A stretch of 64,000 nt of DNA from Octopus sinensis. Taxonomy: Eukaryota. The notes below the pieces were generated by a model. It was given only the letters and a program-made list of their open reading frames with translations. It did no database searches and was not told where the DNA came from. Location: positions 162,130,001 to 162,194,000 of the forward strand of contig NC_042997.1 in assembly GCF_006345805.1 (NCBI RefSeq). Reading direction: 5' to 3'. Below, piece after piece: positions 58,756 to 64,000 of this stretch. The translations under genes and the position numbers were made by a program. Every line of letters starts with the position of its first letter. Within the stretch, counting starts at the first letter, position 1.

Positions 58756-58942
58756 ATATATATATATTTTTAACTGTATAGTAATATATCATAATGATAT
58801 TTTATTCTCTGATTTGAAGTGATAATTTTTAAATACAAACAAATGACTGAAAAATGACGAGCTAACCCTGGCCAGATTCAAACCCACAGATCAATGCATC
58901 TGATTTGGCCAAATGGTCACCCATCAATTTCAGCCAAACTTA

Positions 58943-58982
<40 letters not shown>

Positions 58983-59949
58983 ATCCTTATAGTGACTAAC
59001 AGAAAACTTCCTGGTAGATAGTTTTCTTGTGAGTACTGAAAATGAAAATTATTGTTTTTTTCTTTTATTACCATAGCAGTAATGGATGATAAGGATGTAT
59101 TAAAAAGTGGTGGAGGCTTTATATTGGACATAAAAACCAACAATAACACATAATGAAATGAAATAGTGTGTGTTACAATGTTTAATATTTATGGAATAAT
59201 TATGGTACATATATCAAACAATGTTTCTCGTATAATCAGTAGAGGAAATAACTTTTGTATACCATTCAGACATAAAAGAACATAAACTTAGTTTAAATTT
59301 TGTATTGTTTAGATTGACTTGATCTGTATTTATGTTTTGTGACTTAAGCAATTACATCATGGAAGATCCATTTTAGCTATATAAAATGCTATATTCACTT
59401 TCCATTTATTTCTTGTGTCAAATTTTCATTAGACTGTTTCAATTTGGTCACTGATGCAATTCTGATTTTGTTACAGCTCTGTGACTTGGTTATTGATACA
59501 GTTGTATTAACAACCAGGTTGTTTACATTCTCTGCAAAAATATATTCTGTAGCTCTGCCCCTTCAAAGACCAATTGAAATAAAAACCCTTTACTTGAAAA
59601 ACAGATAAGGGTTGACAACGGGAAGGGCATCCAGCTGTTAAATGGTATCTTAGCAAGTCTGTTCCACTCTGTTACATACACCCAGTGGAACTGAATTCAC
59701 ACACATTCATATTCAGCCATGCATTCTCATATTTATAGTCATCCAAATACATATAGAATCACTTGCTGTAATTATAAATAATAAAGCCATTCATAATACA
59801 CACAGAAAATATACGTGTATTTGGAACTTCAACTTATACTAGCAACAAGCCAACAAGAAACTTATATGCGTTCACTTGACTTGCTATAAATAGCAATCAA
59901 ATTTCCCTCTGTCATCTTTAGAAAAAACATCAGATAATTAGACTGGAGT

Positions 59950-60018
59950 GTAGTATTAAGATGATGATGATAATAATAATAATAATAATAATAATGATAA
60001 TAATAGTAATAATAATAA
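59950..60018. repeat. (TGA)/(TAA)n trinucleotide tract (tail of adjacent minus-strand SINE)
   Basis: Seen directly. Confidence 0.85.
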
Positions 60019-60019
60019 T

Positions 60020-60520
60020 CCTTTCTACTATAGGCACAAGGCCTGAAATTTGAGGGGAGGGGGCTAGTCAATTACATCAACCACAATATGCAACTGGTAT
60101 TTAATATATCGACCCTGAAAGGATAAAAGGCAAAGTCAACCTTGGCAGAATTTGAACTCAAAACATAGCGATGGCTGAAATACTGCTATGCATTTCACCC
60201 AGCATGCTAATGATTCTGCCAGCTTGCCACCTTAATAATAATGATCCTTTCTACTGAAAGCACAAGGACTTGGAATTTTGGAGGAGGGGACTAGTTGATT
60301 ACATCGATCCCAGTGTTTCACTAGTACTTAATTTATCGACCCCCCCCCCCCAACAGGATGAAAGGCAAAGTCGAGCTTGGTGGAATTTGAACTCAGAACG
60401 TAAAGATGGGCGAAATATAATAATAATCATGATATTGGTTTCAAATTTTGGCACAAGGCCAGCAAATTTCTAGGAGCAGAATAAGTCAATTTAATTGACC
60501 CGTGTTCAAATAATACTTAT
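60020..60520 (-). mobile_element. Cluster of SINE family A copies (60020-60235 and 60245-60410 on minus; partial + copy 60432-60520)
   Basis: gaaaggcaaagtc..aatttgaactc cores. Confidence 0.7.
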
Positions 60521-60694
60521 TTTATCTACTCTTAAAAGATGTTGAATCTCTCTGGTGATATGTCTGCTCAATCAGAGTTAACTTTATGCTAAACTATAAC
60601 AACCTCTACCAACAGTTTTAATGTCAGTCTATAACTAGGTTGTTTCTTTATAAGTTTGTGTATCTTAAATGACAGCACTACTCAAATACCTTAA

Positions 60695-60865
60695 CCCTTT
60701 AGCAATTAAACTGGCCATATCTGGCCCCAATATTTTATCTGTTTTATGTTCAAACAAGCCAGATTTGCCCTTTCACACCTAGAAGGTATGAAATAATACA
60801 TGATTTCGAAAATGGTGAGAATTATTAAGCACTACATTTAATGGAGTAATCAGATTGCTAAAGGG
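60695..60865. mobile_element. piggyBac-like MITE family 2 (shorter variant)
   Basis: TTAA|CCCTTTAGCA...TGCTAAAGGG|TTAA. Confidence 0.85.
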
Positions 60866-61234
60866 TTAAGTGTGGAGTCCAGGCGATCAGAGCAAGCTAA
60901 GCGCTTAGCAATAGATTGTGTCTCTGACACTTCCAATAGTCAACTGAAACTTACGATTTATAGTTAAAGTACGCTGCGCTACTGAGAGAAAGAAAAATGT
61001 CCAGAATGAAATCTTTATCTTCTTGTTTCAGTCATTTGACTACAGCACTACCTTAAAAGATTTTAGTTGAACAAATTGACCCTAGGATTTGTAATTTTTT
61101 AAAGTCTGGTACTTTACTCTTGGTCTCTTTTACTGAATAGGAATGTAAACAAACCAGCACTGGTTGTCAAGTGGTGGTGTATGCACATGCACACACACAC
61201 ACATAATGGACTTCCACACAGTTTCTTATTTCTT

Positions 61235-61455
61235 TATTGCCCACAAGAGGCTAAACATAGAGGGGACAAACAAGGACAGACAAAGGGATTAAGTCAATTA
61301 CATCGACCCCAGTGCATAACTGGTGCTTAATTTATCTATCCTGAGAGGATGAAAGGCAAAGTCAACCTCTGTGGAATTTGAACTCAATTCGTAAAGATAG
61401 ATGAAATACCACTAGGCATTTCGCCTGGCATGCTAATGTTTTTGCCAGCTCGCCG
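61235..61455 (-). mobile_element. SINE family A
   Basis: Reverse complement of the 36990-37220 type including the tail. Confidence 0.8.
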
Positions 61456-61634
61456 CCTTCCACACAGTTTCTGTCTACTAAATTCACTCACTAAAGTATT
61501 TGTTGACCCAGGGATATAATAGAAGACACTTGCCTAAGGTGCCACACTGGAACTGAAACCAAAAGCACGTGGATTACAAAGCGAGCTTCTTAACCACACA
61601 CCCATACTTGTGCCTCATGAGAAACTAGGTTTAA

Positions 61635-61849
61635 TCCTCTTATGCATTTAAACCGGTCATATCAGGCCCAAATATTCTATCTGTTTTATGTTCATACCAA
61701 CCAGTTCCAGCCTCTCACCGCTGCACTACAATGTCATTCTAAAAATATACAGTCACATATTCAAAATCTCAAAGTTACAAGGTAATGCATGATTAATTCA
61801 AAATAATGTGGATAAATAAGCATCACAGTTGAATCTGAATGCTAAAGGG
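61635..61849. mobile_element. piggyBac-like MITE family 2
   Basis: Homologous to 25635-25842; ends tgctaaaggg. Confidence 0.75.
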
Positions 61850-62330
61850 TAAGTATAATGACAAAATGATATCGCAACTGGTGTTCAGTTTTGACAAGTT
61901 TCATTTGATTAATAGACTCTATTGTTTATTTCTTAAATTTATCTTATATTATATTTTCAGTAATATCTCAGGTCTTTGAGTTGAAAAACACATTTTCTCT
62001 TTTTCAGATGAAGAGACTACTCTGAAACATGAAATTCCTTTTGTGTCTTCATGGCGTATGAACTTGTATTTAACTCATGAACTTTACTTTAGCCATGTTA
62101 TGTTAAGAGCATTACTCACCTGATAACAACACATATTTGCACAGGACTCATACTCTAATGTCCATTTAACAAGTGTAACATCTGACACTCGAAACTGCAG
62201 GAACCAATTGAATATAAAGATCAATAAACTGATCAATATTTTAAATATATCTGCAACAGTAAGTTATATTTATTTCTTTTATGATCACATTTTAAAATAT
62301 TCAGCTTTGTTGTCACCTGTTAGAAATAAT

Positions 62331-62707
62331 GGATCTTTCCGGTTTGAACAGCAGTTTTTTAAAATAATTTCCATGTAACTAAACACTTTTAAACTTCGTA
62401 TACTGGTAGAATGTGTTTATAAAACATCTTTTTCTCTTGGCTTTATTGAGAAAATTCTATAGTTGGTTTTTTTTTTCTTCAATTTCTGCAATTTCAACCA
62501 ATCAGTGACGTCTGTTGAGGTGAAAACATTCTGTGCCGTATAAATATGTCCCTCGTTTAAGAAACAGATTGGGTTTATTTACATTTCTGAAGAAAAAAAA
62601 GATACCCTTCCCCCCACCCCTAACCCTAACTAACCCTGGGTCATAATTATGGGTGACAATTTCATATGACACTGCTAGAAAAACTGCTGTTCAACCCGAA
62701 AAGATCC
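62331..62707. mobile_element. MITE with 29-bp TIRs, 8-bp TSD and internal telomere-like repeats (Merlin-like, tentative)
   Basis: GGATCTTTCCGGTTTGAACAGCAGTTTTT and inverse with 2 mismatches; flanks GAAATAAT/GAAATAAC; CCCTAACCCTAACTAACCCT at 62618. Confidence 0.82.
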
Positions 62708-63555
62708 GAAATAACTTAATAGACTCAAGCTATTTTTTTCTTGTCATTCTACAGATGTGGTCAATCATCAATAAGCCAGCTAAAACTGGATTTTGGTAGT
62801 AATTTGACTGAAAATTATATTGACGAAAATGTGTGTGTGTAAGTGATTAAGAAGCTTGTGTCTTGGGCAAGTGTCCTCTGCTATAGCCCCAGGTTGCCCA
62901 AATCCTTTTGAGTAGCTTGATAGATAGAAACTGAAAGAAACCTATTGTGTGTGTGTATATATGCTTATGTCTCCTAGCCTTGACATTGCATGATAGTTGT
63001 AAATGTGTGTCACTATCAAGCAAGCTGTGTCATTCATTTCCAATATTCTGCATAAACATGTCTGGCTATGGGGAAATTTTATCTTCCTCAGAAACAGGTG
63101 AAGGTTGGCAACAGGAAGGATGATGATGATATGAATATTCATATATTTATTCAGCATCTATTTTTCCATCTTAGTACAGGGACTTATTTGATGCAGTATT
63201 TAGTGGTTGGATGCTCTTTCTGTCATCAACCTGCACTTATTTCTCATGTAAAGGATTCCAAGTGCAACTATGAATGTAAATTTCATGTCACCAATTGTAA
63301 CAAGCAAAGCATGGTTTGCCAATATCAAAGCACATTTGTACAACTGTGTGCACATATGCATGTGCACACACATACACACACACACACACACACACGTGCA
63401 ATGAGCTTCCTCTAGCTTCTCTCTATCAAATTCATTCACAAGGCTTTGAGTGATCCAGGCCTATAGCAGAAAATACTTTTGCGGAGTGCCACTCAGTGAA
63501 CTGAACTTGAAACCACATGGTTGCAAACTTCTTAGCTGCATAGCCATGCCTGTTA

Positions 63556-63589
<34 letters not shown>

Positions 63590-64000
63590 ATAAACTACTC
63601 TTCAGTTCTGGAACTGACAAACTGTCATGAAAGGGTACCCAGTCAGTGCATTATAATTCTGATTGTTTCTATCTGTAAAAACCATTTCTTCCCTCTCAAG
63701 AAAAACAAAGCAAATGTAACATAGTCAACAAAAAAGTATGATTGGCAGTTTGTTTCTGGTTAAGTGACCTGCACAACCCATGATAGCATGGAAAAATATG
63801 TAAACTGATGATATATTTTCATGCATTAGCTTACAGAAATGTACTCTAATATCTGCCAATGTTTCCTGGTTTTTGTTTCTTCAAATTCTTCATTCTCTCA
63901 TCTTCAGCTTAACTTGTATCATTTCCAAATACCAAGAATTCCAAGAATTATTAATCACTTCCTATCTTATGTTGCTAAAATGTTATCTTTCAAAATTAGT

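Noticed and set aside
62005-62035. Hammerhead-like CAGATGA-AGAG-ACTA-CTCT-GAAA-CATG
   Set aside because: U4 is altered, stem III is not palindromic and stem I is absent; equally explained as an acceptor plus exon.

Overview
AT-rich, repeat-dense animal genomic DNA. The SINE, RTE and MITE repertoire and the (GAT)n/(CA)n microsatellites look like an octopus (coleoid cephalopod) genome; this is inference from pattern recognition, not a search. The one gene I can identify is the 3' three-quarters of XAB2/SYF1 (HAT/TPR-repeat spliceosomal NTC/IBC protein) on the + strand. It has 19 GT-AG coding exons from 547 to 34330, totalling 1905 nt (634 aa plus stop), and all splice phases are consistent; the 5' exons lie upstream of the window. 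Its 8.8-kb last intron holds two 5'-truncated RTE LINEs and a nearly full-length antisense CR1-type LINE. The rest of the window is mostly mobile DNA: more RTE copies (one nested in another), mariner elements and derivatives, hAT, piggyBac, Helitron and Merlin-like MITEs, a decayed hAT-related transposase, a Penelope-like RT fragment, several tRNA-derived SINE families and a tRNA-Phe pseudogene. A possible promoter with orphan splice sites lies near 49-52 kb. Three signals stand out. (1) The CR1 ORF1 ends on a canonical -1 slippery heptamer (G GGA AAC UAA); ORF2 is open in the -1 frame, has no AUG, and carries a perfect 15-bp hairpin just downstream. (2) A tRNA-headed SINE carries a minimal Penelope-type hammerhead ribozyme, and a second hammerhead with a variant core sits next to a Penelope RT. 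(3) Every RTE copy that spans the region has a complete C4HC3 PHD finger inserted inside its reverse transcriptase. Nothing here could be checked by search or folding software.
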